DNA of 63,028 nucleotides, filler included, from Choristocarpus tenellus KU-1152 (GCA_964200185.2; 13 parts of 13 records of this genome joined end to end with filler, not necessarily neighbours in it); one strand, 5' to 3'. Counted from the whole stretch's first letter, positions 23,784 through 37,354 are shown. The notes: generated by a model not told the origin, from the sequence alone. Program-made: numbers and translations.

Positions 23784-26507
23784 NNNNNNNNNNNNNNNNN
23801 NNNNNNNNNNNNNNNNNNNNNNNNNNNTTAATTAATTAANNNNNNNNNNNNNNNNNNNNNNNNNNNNNNNNNNNNNNNNNNNNGGGGGGGGGGTATTTTT
23901 TTTTGTGACTGTCTTTTTGTTTTTTTTGACTGATTTGTGTATTTGGTTTGCAGATATGAAATGACTGTTTTTAATTGTTTTGATGTGTGTGTGCGTTGTG
24001 TGTGTTTGTTCAGTTATGTGATGGGGTCTGTGAATTGTGGTGTTTGTTGAATGAATGAGGCGTTTGTTCATATTTGTGAGAGTAGTTTTATCTTTTTTTG
24101 TCTTCAGACTCTATGCACTTGGTTGACGTATTCACGCCTTCTAATTTCTGTAATTCTTTTGGCTTGAGAATGATCGACCAGTGTAAAACCATTTTGAAGT
24201 AGTCAGGTGAACCTCTATTATTTATTATTTATAATCTTGTTGACACAATCAACTACACTCTATATTCTTTTTTTCCGGTTATAGGAAAGTTGAGATGGAC
24301 AATCGCAAAGTTAAATATGGTGCTACTAATTGAATAGGAGTTGGTAGAATAATGTTGGTGGTATTCTGGTTCTTATAATACCTGCCAGGCGTGTTGGTTA
24401 CAGAACAAGTGAAGGCTTGAAAAGAAAAAAAAAGGTTTTGACAGTTTTGACAGTCCGAATGTTGAAAATTGTAAAAATGGCTCATTCCAGATGAGTTTGA
24501 AATGAAAAAAGAAAAAAGATTAATTGTAGGGAAGGTCAGGGTAGGATTAGGGTAGACTTTGTAGGGTATACACTGTCCTGCACAATATTATTTTCTACCA
24601 TGTTAGAGAAGCTAAGGCCATTGCACGGACCTCTAAGTACTGTCTGATTGGACTATTGACCTCTTCTATGATGGCGGCAACTCTGTCACAGAACCTGATG
24701 TTGATCTGTGGTGAAACTCACCTGCTGCATAGTTTGAGGTCTCACTTCCTTCCTAGTACTACAGAGACCTCCTCAACTCAATAACTCAATGTATCTTGAG
24801 GAATAGAGGTGATCTTAGCAACCCCTTTAAACACAGGGAGAAGAACACTGAATGATCAAAGGATCAAAAACAGATCGGAATAATTTTTGACTTAAGAAAG
24901 TAGAAGATATAATTCTGTTGACATTTAAAAGACTCTACAAGAATGACTAGTGATCCTCTGTCCTTTGCCATTGATACCCTCTCTTCTGTACCACAGACTT
25001 GAGACCGCCTTCCTATTACTATGTGCTCTATTTTGTACAATACTACGATAGGGTACTTACTTCACATGTTTTTCTTATTTTTTGTCTTGATTCACAGCAC
25101 CCAACCAGATACCTCCAGCCTGCCAATGAAGCGACAGCGTAGGAGGTGAAGGGTGAAGGTGATTGGTGGGGGCAAAAAAGTATGAAATCTTTCTTGTTTA
25201 GGTATCAATACCAGAAATATGCGAAGGGAAGGGGACAATATTGTTTTGTCAAACGGCATTAAGGCACCGTGGTATTTGATTGGTGGAAACATTTCCTAAG
25301 GGTCCACTACAGAGCATTGCTGAGGTCCTGTCCTGACTGGAAAACAACCGAGGAAGGAGGGTTTTTGGGCTCATCTCATGTGTATGGACATGATGAGTTT
25401 GATGCAGGAGAAAGGGGAGGGGATGGACGTACATCTCACATGTGGGACCCTCACACAGCCTCGAGATCATTTTTACAGCTGAAGTGTATATGCAGTGTGA
25501 TTTTTGAGTGACTTGATTGGCTGTTGTGTCATGGCGAGAGAATATTGTATTTGTATGGCGTTTGGCCTCAATGTGTTCAATGTAGCCCTAACTCTACCCC
25601 CCCCCCAAACAAAGGGTACAACTGCATTGGCATTGATTTTTCTTGCCCCAGTATTGTGCTATTTGTTGCCTTGGGGGAAGGGCAGGGGCAGAGCCTCCCC
25701 CCCCCCCTGACTGCTTTTTTTCGTTTGTAGTGCGCTACAGCTGGTGATGGTGATGGTGATGGTGACTGTTGGAAGCTTCAGTTCTGGTTGGTGCCTGTGT
25801 TCTTCTATCATATCTTCTATAATATGAATATATCTGAATTACACTGGGTTGTCTTGGAGACCCTTCAAGATGTGAATGTTGTCTTGTTGACATTGAAGGA
25901 AATAAAGATCTAAGAGTGAAGGCTTATTTTTGTAGGGGGTTTTTGTAAAAAAATAAAGGCAAGCAGGCATGGTAAGAGGGAACAAGTGTGGGGGAGGTGA
26001 AGCAGAAGAAGTGAGAGTTGAGTTGGGGGGGGGGGGAGGGCGATGGGCTTGGTTTTGTATGCGAGGAAGGAGGAATATTAAAATAGGGGATTGATTACGT
26101 GTGGAATGTAGCTAAGTTGGGTTTGTAGCAGATACAGGTTGGTGTTGGAGATGTCCTCTAATAGTAGAGAGATTTGATTGGTTTGTGGGAGGGGAAGGCT
26201 CATATATGACCTTGGATTTTGTTTATGGTGGTAAGGTTGTGGACGCTAAGCACCCCTATGTTATTGAGGAGTGGTTTGACTCTTCATGGTCTTGCGTGAA
26301 CTTTATTATTATTATTTGTGATGAGGTTTGTATGTTCTCGTTTTAAAAGGAGAATAATAATAAATAATAGTACAACCATATATATGTATGTATTTTTGTT
26401 TGTTTGCAGTATTTTTTTTAAATGAAAATATTTTATTCTGTTCTTATATTACTGAACGAATTGTAGTGTGTACTACATTATGATAAGACAGGACGCGTAC
26501 GTGTCAC

Positions 26508-27431
26508 TCATACAGACACAAAAGCAAGACAGGTAGGGGGCGTAACTGCGTTAGGTGTATAGTTTTTGATTAAAAAATAGTGGAGGTAACTACTATTGTT
26601 GGCACTACTGTGGACTATTAATGCAAGTTCAGAGTAGTCCTCTCTCAGAGTGTGGCGGTGTGGTTGATCTATCTCATGAGCTCTTATCTTATCATATGCA
26701 TCCATTGCCACTATGCATCTGAACGGGAGGAAGGGAAGTGGACAGGGGATGGATGAGAGGTTTTTCAAAGCGACAATTTGGGATGCTATTAGTACACCTT
26801 CAGGTTTATATTGTGATGATGGGTACACTTGCTAAAGTGGTATCCTCCCACAAGATGGTTTAGAGTTAGGGGTGGTCACCGAAAGGGTTCCTCCTGAGAA
26901 GTAGGCCCTGTTGGGTGTTTCAGTGCCAGCAATCCGGAAACCACAACCCTAGGGTAGGTAGAGCAGAGAGCCCTTCCATGCGGTGGTTGATTCAATGTGA
27001 TAGGCAAATACAAGTTGTGGCCATGTATTGACACCTGCATACTGTCAACACAACTTCATCCCTCGGCAATTTAGGAAACTTGAGGATTTTTTAGCGAGTG
27101 GTTGTTCAACAAACAGTTGATCATCAAAATTGAGGATGAGCCAGACACGGATTGGTGTTTGGAAAGTGCACATACGTTGTTGTATTTTAATGTAGTGGCG
27201 CTTTTGGAAGGCCCCACTACGAATGGGAATCCACCCCGATGAAGGTGGTAGTAGGACAGTGTGTGGGGGCGGGGCGGCAATGATTTCGTTTGATCGTCGT
27301 GTACATGTATGCCCTGCGTTGGATTGCTTGCTTGCTTGAATAATTAGTGCGGTCGGTGGAGTCGTTTGACTGTCGATGGTGGAGGTGGTAGAAAAAAATA
27401 GTACTTTGAAGTAGTTTTTTTGGGGCGGCAT
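26508..27431 (-). pseudogene. Unidentified decayed reading frame (308 codons, 3 internal stops)
   Basis: ORFs 27045..27431 and 26508..26828 are in the same frame; the 72 codons between them hold only two further TAG stops. No family recognised. Confidence 0.3.
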
Positions 27432-28789
27432 TTCATCGTCATTATGGATGGCTGACTGACTGAGAAGAAGTGTTATTTTCCCACATTATTGATTTGTTTA
27501 TTTTTTATTGCTATCCTCACGCCAAGTAGAAGAAGAAGCTACCACTGAGCGCATACAAGTATTGACATTATATGATGACCGACCTCTTTGTAGGAATATA
27601 TCTCAGTCATGCCCGAGATATCGTTTGTTACGATCTGCCACCCCCCNNNNNNNNNNNNNNNNNNNNNNNNNNNNNNNNNNNNNNNNNNNNTTAATTAATT
27701 AANNNNNNNNNNNNNNNNNNNNNNNNNNNNNNNNNNNNNNNNNNNNTCAGCTAGCTTTGTCCTGAAGGAGTCAAAACGAATCTTGTTGAGGAGGCGTGTG
27801 ATCTCGTGCTGAGCCCTCCTTGTGATCCTGGCGTCATGAGCTGCCAGTATGTGAACCTCTGGGGTAGGTGCAGATGGTGCTGTTCCCCCCCAAGTATATA
27901 TATATATTTATACATTTTCTCCTAAAATATGTAGTATCTTGAGGAGTTTGTTGTGTGGGATGATGCGAAAAAACTGTGAAATTTCGTTCAGGTCCTAACG
28001 GGATTTATCGGTTACAGATATTCTTCTTATTCTTTCTCCAAACTCCAAAGGAAACTTTTTTTGGAACGATGTGTTTAAAACTAAACCATAAGGAAATTGT
28101 ATTAAGTAATCTGAGTTTTGTGGGCTGGAGAATTCTGGTAGGAATGAGATATATGGAAGGGAGGTGTGAGGAAGGAAGAAGAAAAATTAGTAAAGGATTG
28201 AACGAAGAGTTAAATTCTGAGTGGCTACGAGGTAGAAGAGGTAGGAGAGAAGTTAAAAAAATGGGTGGTAGGTGGAAGGACGAGGTAAGAAGGGATGGTG
28301 AGAACGTAAGGAAAACCTGAGGCTGGTGGTACAGGATGAGGAGGGCTTGAATAAAACATCCTCTTCGCAATCTTTCCCACCTAAGTGTATCATGGCAGAA
28401 GGAGGAGATAGAGTGAAGAAAACAACGTGTTGTGGGAAGGAGGTAAGGACAGACGGAAGGAGGGGTGATGAAGAAGAAAATATGAGTGAAGGATGGGTTG
28501 AGCACAAAGAGGTGAGCGAGGGAGAAGAAATGAGGAAAGAGATAGTGGCAAGAAGATAGCGCAGAGAGATTGAGCAAGCCAGGAGAGATATGGGCATCAG
28601 CGACGAGGTTGAGGAAAAGAAGGAAAGGAGAAGGGGACGAGAAAGAAGGAAGGAACGGGGGTGAAAGTGCGTCCAAACAATTATGGGCACTATCTCAAGA
28701 TGTGGTCAAACTAACAAAAAGAACTGATCGCATTATGACAGTATTAGGGGGACAAATCAGCTAAGGTCACCAGTACAACACAACATGAG

Positions 28790-30397
28790 CAGATTGATGT
28801 GGTGGGATGGTAGAAATACGAGTGGACAAGGAATCATGAGCTTATCAATATTGACGGAGAGGATGAGGGAGAAATCAATGATCCAAGTTTGGAAAAAGTT
28901 CAACATCAGGAGATATTTCGTCCTTCTAGGATATATTCCCCTCTTCATTCAGGCAAGTGACGCAGGAGCCACGCGCGAAGAACTACAATGGATTGTCAAC
29001 AAGAAAGCCAACATTACAGAAACGGTGACAGGGCAACTGGGGAATCTATCAGCATTCAACATCAAGGAGTAAATACCAAAAGGAGAACTGGGCAGCCCGA
29101 CCAATAAAGGAGACTACGAGATGCCTGATAATTTTGACTGCTTGTATAGGCAACGGGAAAAACCTGTAGATATAGGGAGGGGTGGAGGCCGGGAAAGAAG
29201 AGGACAGCAAAGGTGATTGAGGTAGTGGAAGGAGCTAGGTGTAAGGTGAGGACGTTCGTTCTATAGGGTCAATAAGCCCACAATGATAGAACACCCACGG
29301 ATCGTAGACCTGGTTTATTGAGCAGTGGGGGAGGACCTTGGATCGTGGGCCAAACAAATCTCAACACCTGCAGATATTATTTGAAATATATATTTCGCCC
29401 CCCCCCCCCCCCAAGGTTGGGTGCCCCCCCCCCCCCTTCCCCCTTTTTCAAACCCGGGGACCAATGTAAACCACCCCCAAAATATGGTGCCTACTCTGTA
29501 CAGTGTAGAGAGACATGGTCAAGATCAATGAAGAGGGCGGGAGCGTGGGGGGAAAAAGATCTTCAAAATCTTCAAGACCACACGAACGGTTACAAGAAGA
29601 AACGTCAAGTGTGGGGGGGAAGGGAGTACAATCCATTATTTGCATTTAAGGCAGGGAAGGAATGTCACTTCCTGAAGAGATATAGGGAGAAGAAAACAAG
29701 AAAGGAGAAAAGGCCCAGAGCGAATCTACCAAGAAGGACCCCTGAGGATGCGAGCCTATACCCAAAAGGTATGGACCGGTAAAGCGAGACCCGTGGACAT
29801 CAGGGCTATCACAAAACACACACACACACTGGACTTCAGGGATCCCAAGACCAGGGTCTTTACACTGGGCAATAAAAGGTAGAGGGGGAGGGAAAGGTGA
29901 AGGTATTGACGAAATTGAGGAGTGGTGAGATTTGGGAAAAGTTGAAAAGAGAAAAAAAGGGATTTGAAAGTTCAGTGAAGGAGCTGAGGCTCAAAGTATC
30001 TGAGGCGGAGGAGGGAGTTGTCGAAGAGCTTGACCCATATAAGGCTCATCGCCAAAAGCTAGTAGTTGAGTTACACGGTAAAACATACACCGAATATTAA
30101 ATATCCACTGGGCCTTTGTCTTAGTCATTGATTTTCTCTGACGTATGACCTAAGACTGACCCATTTTGCCACTATGCACGCTACTACGTTGTATAAACAT
30201 AGATGAAACCTGTGTTATACACTTGTATCAGCACAGACAATGTAAGGATAACACTACGTTATTCGACAGAGTCTACACCAGGTTGTCCATTCGGACCCTG
30301 ACCAGGAAAGGTGCACTTACATTACCCATCCCACACATGCAACCAAATCACACAAAAATTGTGACATGGAAAGATGGACGCTGAATGGACAGCCGCC

Positions 30398-30433
<36 letters not shown>

Positions 30434-30552
30434 TTTGTTATGGTAAAGGAAAAAGAAGAAAGAAAACGAAGTGGTGGGGGGGGGGNNNNNNNNNNCCCCC
30501 CACAACCACCAACCAAAAAAAAACATCGGAAGGGGAAAGGAGGGACGCGGGT

Positions 30553-30583
<31 letters not shown>

Positions 30584-31535
30584 ACAGATACTTCGAGTCT
30601 TGAATGAGCTAGCAAGCAAGGGAAGAGCATTACTTGAGGAGTGTGGGGATGATTTGGGGAGATTGGCGTCTAGGCCTGGAAAGAGGTGGAGCTCTGAACG
30701 TCTGAATTAGGGCAGGATTGAAGGTCGTTTTTGGAAGAAGATGGGATTCCCACAAATAGAGAGACTGCAACAAGTAGTTCAAGTTGGGGTATCGATATGC
30801 GTGAAAGGGGAAGGTAGGGTGGAAGGGAGGCTGGAGTATGGAAACCATAGGGAGTATAGAAATCATAGGAAAGCATTGGTACAGAAGACAGTGGGGGATG
30901 TGATTTAGAGGGTAGGGCACTAATGTTTCCAAAAGGGAAGAGAGCTAAGATTCCAAGTCTGTAGGTATCCCCAGTTGGAGTAACCCAATGACCAACGAAA
31001 GTTAGGATTATTCATGATCTTTCGTGTCAGCGAGAGAGCTGGGACCTGAGTGCAAATGAAGGAACAGATTTGAAATATGCCCCCCCTGTGCATTGTGGGA
31101 CTGTGTTGTAAGACGTGATCAAGATTATTGTAGAGTTAAGGAAGAAGTTCCCCAAGGCGAGAACCATGATTAAGTAACATGGTTGTTAAGGATGCCTTTC
31201 ACCAAGTACCTGTTGAACCAAAAGGGGAAGCTAGGTTTGGGTACTGCATTGAAGTTTTAGTGCGATAGATTTCAGACTCCAATTTGGTTGGAAGAATAGC
31301 CCAGGGTGGTGGGACCTAACAGCAAATGCTCTAGAACGTTCCCATTGTAAAACAGGTCCCCAGTCGGCAGCCATAATCAAGGAAGGCGAGGGAATTGCTG
31401 CAGGTGTGAGGCATTCCCAACAGGTGGGAGGAAATATTTGTGAATTAGACGAGACATGGAAAGTTCCAGAAGGGGTAGGGGGGGACGTAGATGACCTTTT
31501 TTTTGTAAGGATGTGTGTCGATGACATTCTAGTAT
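28790..31535 (+). mobile_element. Decayed DIRS/Ngaro-type (tyrosine-recombinase class) retrotransposon: ORF1 remnant plus reverse transcriptase
   Basis: 30600-31535 reads, with stops and frameshifts, YGNH...VSPVGV..KVRIIHDLS...VKDAFHQVPV...DFRLQFGWKNSPGWW...FFVRMCVDDILV. A degenerate CCCH-finger-like segment (NPLFAFKAGKECHF) lies near 29630-29675. The 5' boundary is uncertain, and the recombinase is not seen. Confidence 0.8.
30271..30599 (+). mobile_element. MITE class A inserted in the retroelement (left TIR missing, internal assembly gap)
   Basis: GTCTACACCAGGTTGTCCATTCGG...core...poly-C...AGATACTTCGAGTC. Confidence 0.8.
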
Positions 31536-32971
31536 ACACTATTGGTAAAGTGGTACCAGTAGCTTCGCCCTCTGTGGCAATCTTGTCTTTTTTCACCGTA
31601 TCGCCACAACAGTTATACCACAATATATAGATCAAACGAAAGGGTATGACAAGAGCTATTTGAAGGTTTGTATCCATGAATGTCCAGGTCTCGGGGAACG
31701 GGAACTATGTCCCGATCAAATAATAGCAAAAACGCGGGGGAATATCTGTTTGTAGATAGTGCTGCTGATACACTATAGACACCACTGGTGGATTATATGA
31801 TANNNNNNNNNNNNNNNNNNNNNNNNNNNNNNNNNNNNNNNNNNNNTTAATTAATTAANNNNNNNNNNNNNNNNNNNNNNNNNNNNNNNNNNNNNNNNNN
31901 NNTAATACCTTTGTGTGTGCGCGCGGATGTGTATTTGGACTAAGATCAGCTTCCGAAGGGACCTGTCCGTCACAAAATTCATATTTTATGAAATCAAAAT
32001 CAAAAGTATGTCTTAAAACATATAGGCTACTCATCTGTTCGTTCCTTGATATGATACAGTTTGACCAGTCAACACTGACTGTTGATTGTTCAGTTACGTT
32101 CTGGACGTTACTTTCACTAGTTCGTCATGACGTGAACTAAAATCACAAACCTTAGTACAGAACAGTTGCTCTGCGTTCCACACAAATAGTATAGTATTGT
32201 CTACGTCACTTTAGTTGCATTACATATTGTTTCAATTTTGTTCTGTTGTTTGTTTTTCGTTCACTCTTTCTTCTTCTTATCAGCAGAAGATGACAGTTGT
32301 ACATGGATGATTATTATTTCTTTCGTGACTGCCATTGATCTCTCAAATTGCATCAACGCCACTCTACAAACTGTGTATCAAAACCACACATACATGGATG
32401 TAATATAATCAGAGTTAAAACCATCCGCGGAAACCCTTGCCAGCCAAGGTAACAAGTCTCTCCACAGAGCATGGACTTCTTTCGTTGAGTATCACATGAA
32501 AGAACACTGAATTTACACCACATCATTCTGGATTGAGCAACCAGGAATACTGAATTCTCATCGCATCATTCTTGACTGAGAGATCAATGACCTCAGTTAC
32601 AGCAGAATAAATACATCGGTGCTTTGCAGCACAATCACACCTATCAATAACATAGACTGCGCATATCACTCATCGGTGCTTTGCAACACCATGATTCCTC
32701 ATCGCTAGTAGTCTACGCATTTTTCTTACATGTACGATGCATTCGATTTCTTCAGGTTTCAACACGGTGGCAGGTTCTTCCCGAATCTGCTCAAGACGAA
32801 TCGTAGGGAATAAGCCGTCTTCCATCAGGGTTATTTTCAGTTGCTCGACAAAGATGTTGTGTCGACCGAATGTGAGGACGATTTTGTACGACGAACATCA
32901 TCCAAAAAATGATTCATTGCTGTTGTGCAACGTGAAGCATATTTATGGACAGACTCAGTTGTGCAAAATAG

Positions 32972-34836
32972 AACAATAGTGAGGTGTACCTTATTTTGTG
33001 TATGAGAGATTATCCATGTGTCCATGTGATGTAACTAATGAGATGGTACATCCGGATTATGAATGGGATTATATATGAGTTTATATTCTGCATTCAGCTA
33101 CTTTGACATAACCGTTGACTTATGTATGAGACACAAATAATAATAAAATAAGCAATGAGAAGATGAGTCAAAGTATCTTAGAGGGTAGAGCCGTGTCCAT
33201 TTGGGGGCCAAAATCCAATGTTGCAATTTTTTAATGTAATTTTGGCTATCGTGTTTACTAGGAAGTGTCAGTATACTTGTTCCGGACACACCTTTTCATA
33301 TTGGATACATTTAACCTACTCCAAAACATTTTGGAGTAGGTAAAATATCATTGAAAACCGTTGAAAGCCAAGCTCCAAATGGACAAAGAGGGCAAAACTT
33401 GTACCCTCTAAGATACTTTCACTCAGATACCCCACAGAGGTCACTCTTCTAATTCCAACCATGTAATCACGTTCAGCAATGGGGAACCGTGTGAGGCTTC
33501 ACACCTTCTTGTCTTCACTACTGATACCAATAGCATTACCTCCCAAGGTAAATTGCACATCGGTCTCTCCTTATTTCAAGGATGTTTAGTCTACGGGCTG
33601 ATACACTTACACAGCATGGGTGGGAGTGAATGCGTTGATCAAGGCTTTCTGGACATCATACCACGTCTTTGGAGGTGTAATGGGGACAGGGGTGTCAAGG
33701 GACGATTGCAGTCGAGCCAAATGACTTGTTGAACGCCATTCTATCGTACCAGTTAACGCCTCAAAATACAACGTTTCAGCAGGTCCTCGAAGAATTTTCT
33801 GTAAGAATTCTAAACAACCGAGCATCAACTGTATCAGGGGATGCAGGACCGTACTGAGTAGAATGCAGAGATATTGCCACATGCCATTTAGAAATCAAGT
33901 GGCAAATCTTCTTCGCCAGAACCTGTAATTGTCAGACCAGACGGGATTTCCGAACCGGAAAACCTGAAACGACTCCCTTCTGACAGTACTAAGTTTGTGT
34001 GCTTTCCACAAATATCGTCAAAGAGACTAATATAGCAAAAGAATATAATCAGCAGTCTAAGACCCCCTAGCTTCAGCAATATGTTAGGTTGGTAATATCT
34101 TGAAAGATGATGCAAAAAGCCGTAACAACAGGAATAACACAGGATCTCTAGCGTTCAGAGTCGCTCATTGAAACTCAGAGTGGCATTTTCCAGAACCTTC
34201 CATTCTGTGAGAGGGAACAATATTGAAACTTCTCATGCATTGTGTAATTGTTGGTGAGAACCTTGTTGGCATGAGGTCCGTTTTGGCGCCGTGTCGTGCG
34301 CTCGCGCGCTCTGTTTTCATTTTAAGCCAATGAAGAAAATACCATGTTGACCTAAGTGTAGTAACCTTCCCACTCTCTGTCGCTGTGTGTGGTACCTAAA
34401 TTCTACTTTCATTTTGCCTAATCCAAAGTTTAGAATTATCGTTTCATTTGTTATCTAATGTGTGATACCTTCATCTTCCGTCTTCCTTAACCCCAACTGT
34501 AAATGCAATAACTGTGCAATTTACCTTGGGGGGTAATGCTATTTGTATCAGTAGTGAAGACAAGAAGGTGTGAAGCCTCACACGGTTCCCCATTGCTGAA
34601 CGCGATTACATGGTTGAAATTAGAAGAGTGAACTCTGTGGGTATCTTCTTATTGCTTGTTTTAATATTATTTTATGCTTCCTACATAAGTCAACGGTTAT
34701 GTCAAAGTAGTTGAATGCAGAATAAAAACCCATACATAATCCCATTCATAATCCGGATGTACTATCTCATTAGTTACATCACATGGACACATGGATAATC
34801 TCTAACACACAAAATAAGGTACACCTCACTATAGTT
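32972..34836. repeat. Long inverted repeat (arms about 320 bp) around a ~950 bp spacer
   Basis: 32972-33559, minus the MITE insertion, is the reverse complement of 34513-34836. No TSD seen outside the arms. Confidence 0.88.
33165..33424 (+). mobile_element. MITE, 260-bp class (class B), complete
   Basis: TIRs GAGTCAAAGTATCTTAGAGGGTA / TACCCTCTAAGATACTTTCACTC. AGAT is duplicated at 33161-33164 and 33425-33428. The empty site with a single AGAT is in the opposite arm near 34643-34646. Confidence 0.93.
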
Positions 34837-35306
34837 GGTTTACTACTACTAAAAAGAGAAACTTACAGTGATTGTAGCAGGAAGGACAAAGAATTTATAA
34901 GAGAGTCGCATCGGAGGAATGAGATAGGAAGCGTCAAATCTACGACCAATACTTACTATGGAACATTTTTTCTTATCATACATGGTTTCTGGACATCATC
35001 ATGCGCCTTACAAGACAAACGAATGGAGGCGTGCAGTTGGATCGAACTTTTGTTTGAACTGTCTCAAAAACAGTTTACGATCATGATGCGTGGTGTTGAA
35101 TAGCTGATCCCCAAAGACCGTGGTACCAGGGGTAAGAACCTCATCTTAGTAGTGATGTGAACCGAAAGAATCTAAAACTACAATCAAATCGGCCAGATAT
35201 ATTGTTNNNNNNNNNNNNNNNNNNNNNNNNNNNNNNNNNNNNNNNNNNNNTTAATTAATTAANNNNNNNNNNNNNNNNNNNNNNNNNNNNNNNNNNNNNN
35301 NNNNNN

Positions 35307-35363
35307 ACATTGGATTTTGGTCCCCAAATGGACGCGACTCTACCCTCTAAGATAATTTGACTC
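35307..35363 (-). mobile_element. MITE class B end at contig start
   Basis: Reverse complement GAGTCAAATTATCTTAGAGGGTAGAGTCGCGTCCATTTGGGGACC matches 33165 onward. Confidence 0.8.
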
Positions 35364-37354
35364 TACCCCTCAATCTGATGTAATAATTTATGATTCATGA
35401 TGGCGTGACTTGTTGAGTAGGACTCTTCTTCCTCTCAGGTACATCTGCTAATTTGAGCTGAAGTAACCATCACCTGCCAATTTCAAGTCGAAACAAACAC
35501 TTCGAAGTACTCTGTCTGGAATTAAGTGTTACCTCAATACCAATTTACTTAATACATGATACCACACATACGCAACAAGGTTCCATCAAAGTCTGTGCCG
35601 ACTTTGAATGAAGATACAATGACTCAGTCAACCAACCTCAATCGACTCATGCATCACTATTTTGTTGTGTTGGTGATACAGTTTTTTAGGCTGTCTCTCT
35701 GATATATATCAGGGTTTTGTCTTTTTGAGTGTTGTGGGTTGTGTACGTGTGTACGTGAGGAAGGACTGATCAGAAATCGGAAGGTAAAAAAAAGGAACGA
35801 TTGGTGAAGCCAACATCCACTGTTTCCTCCTACACCAACGACAGATACACAGTCTAATAAAGATTCAAGATGATTAATCGAAATCAGTTCTCCCTCGCAT
35901 CCACAACTCACAAAAATAAACCCCGTGAAGAGACTGATGGTTGCGTTTCTATGGGCAATGACGTCATTATACTACTACTTTAGAGAGAGGTATTTGGTAT
36001 TATATACTATGTATGTTATTATTTTTGTCACTTAGTCTGGGGACCATCCCAACATGCATGGCCAGAGAACCTGCATGGTCAGAGGCACTACACACTGGAC
36101 TATTTCTAACTCCAAACCAACTAATACACTACGACTTATTGCGTGCTCTCCTTTCCTACCTTGCTTCTCACACGCTGGGCTCAGCACTCCCAGTGCTCAT
36201 CGTTCCGTATCCTCCCTCGTCGATTATCTTCTCTCCTCCAACCCGTCTCGAAGTTTCCACCTCGACCTTGATCCGGCGTTTTGGTGGTATAGGCACAGAC
36301 AGGTGTAGGATCTGTTGCGCATGTGATGTGGAAATCGACCATTCATTGAAAACCAGAATTTCAGGACAGGTTTTTACCTTGAAGGGATTCGAACCCTCGA
36401 AATGAATACAAATAGTTGCTGCCTTCAGCACTGGTGGTCATAATGGTGCGTTTTTCACATCAACAATACCCCACTTCATCCCTCCATTACTTGGGGTGTT
36501 TTTTTTTGCGAGTATATTCATCATTACTGTTGGAAAGGACTCCAAAATGATCTTGAAATTTCTTAGTGAATTTGCCAGTCTGTCAGACTTGCTAAAACGA
36601 TAATGTTAAAGAGCATCTTGAAAATGAACTTCTGAGACTGTTACGTCTACCCACTAATTTCTTGTTCGGAATGGTGTTAGTAAGTTGTGGGTAGGTGGGA
36701 GGGACAGGAAGAGACCAGTGAAGGCACGCCTACGACAGATTGTGCCAGTAACTGCTTAAACCGAGCAAAAGTAAACAAGAGCTTTCCTAGGTTTTGGATG
36801 TTTTGCATACATGTATTAAGCCATTTAATTTTTTTTTTTCAATCCACCCTTACCTCTATGGATAAAGTGCTAAGATTGACTTACGAGTGTTGATTTCTCT
36901 ATTGTGTTGAAAATTTTCAGCAGCACTCAGAGAAGTTACGACACATTTTTTACAGTATGTCAGATTTTACACATTTGTCCGCATAATGATAACCCTGGGT
37001 TCTCTCGTTTAGTTCGCCTCATTGCAATCCCCAGACATGTCATGTGCTCTAACCGGATACACCAGGTTGGCGGATGAGGAGGGGCTTGACTGATTCACGT
37101 GATTGTTCTCTACTTCTCGACCGTCTTTGTTCAGAGTGTCAGTCCAGGAGCAGTTCCAACTTTGGTGTTTCGAACAAGCTTTACTGATTTCAAATACGCT
37201 ACTACACTTCTTCTTGGTGTGTATGATGCACCTTTACTATAGTGGAGATACGTTTTCTTCACTACTTATGTTTCTTCTTTTTCCTACATAGAAATGTTTG
37301 CACAATGGAACTAGCCAGAATTCTAATAACGTAACAATCGTATTCTCCGCACCT

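Noticed and set aside
28005-28690. 223-aa and 145-aa minus-strand ORFs
   Set aside because: Low-complexity antisense of purine-rich retroelement sequence.
32415-32960. Minus-strand stop-poor frame
   Set aside because: Several stops, no motif, not clearly above chance.
36381-36399. tRNA T-arm/B-box GGGTTCGAATCCC on the minus strand
   Set aside because: No convincing A-box, acceptor stem or cloverleaf; at most a SINE-like remnant.
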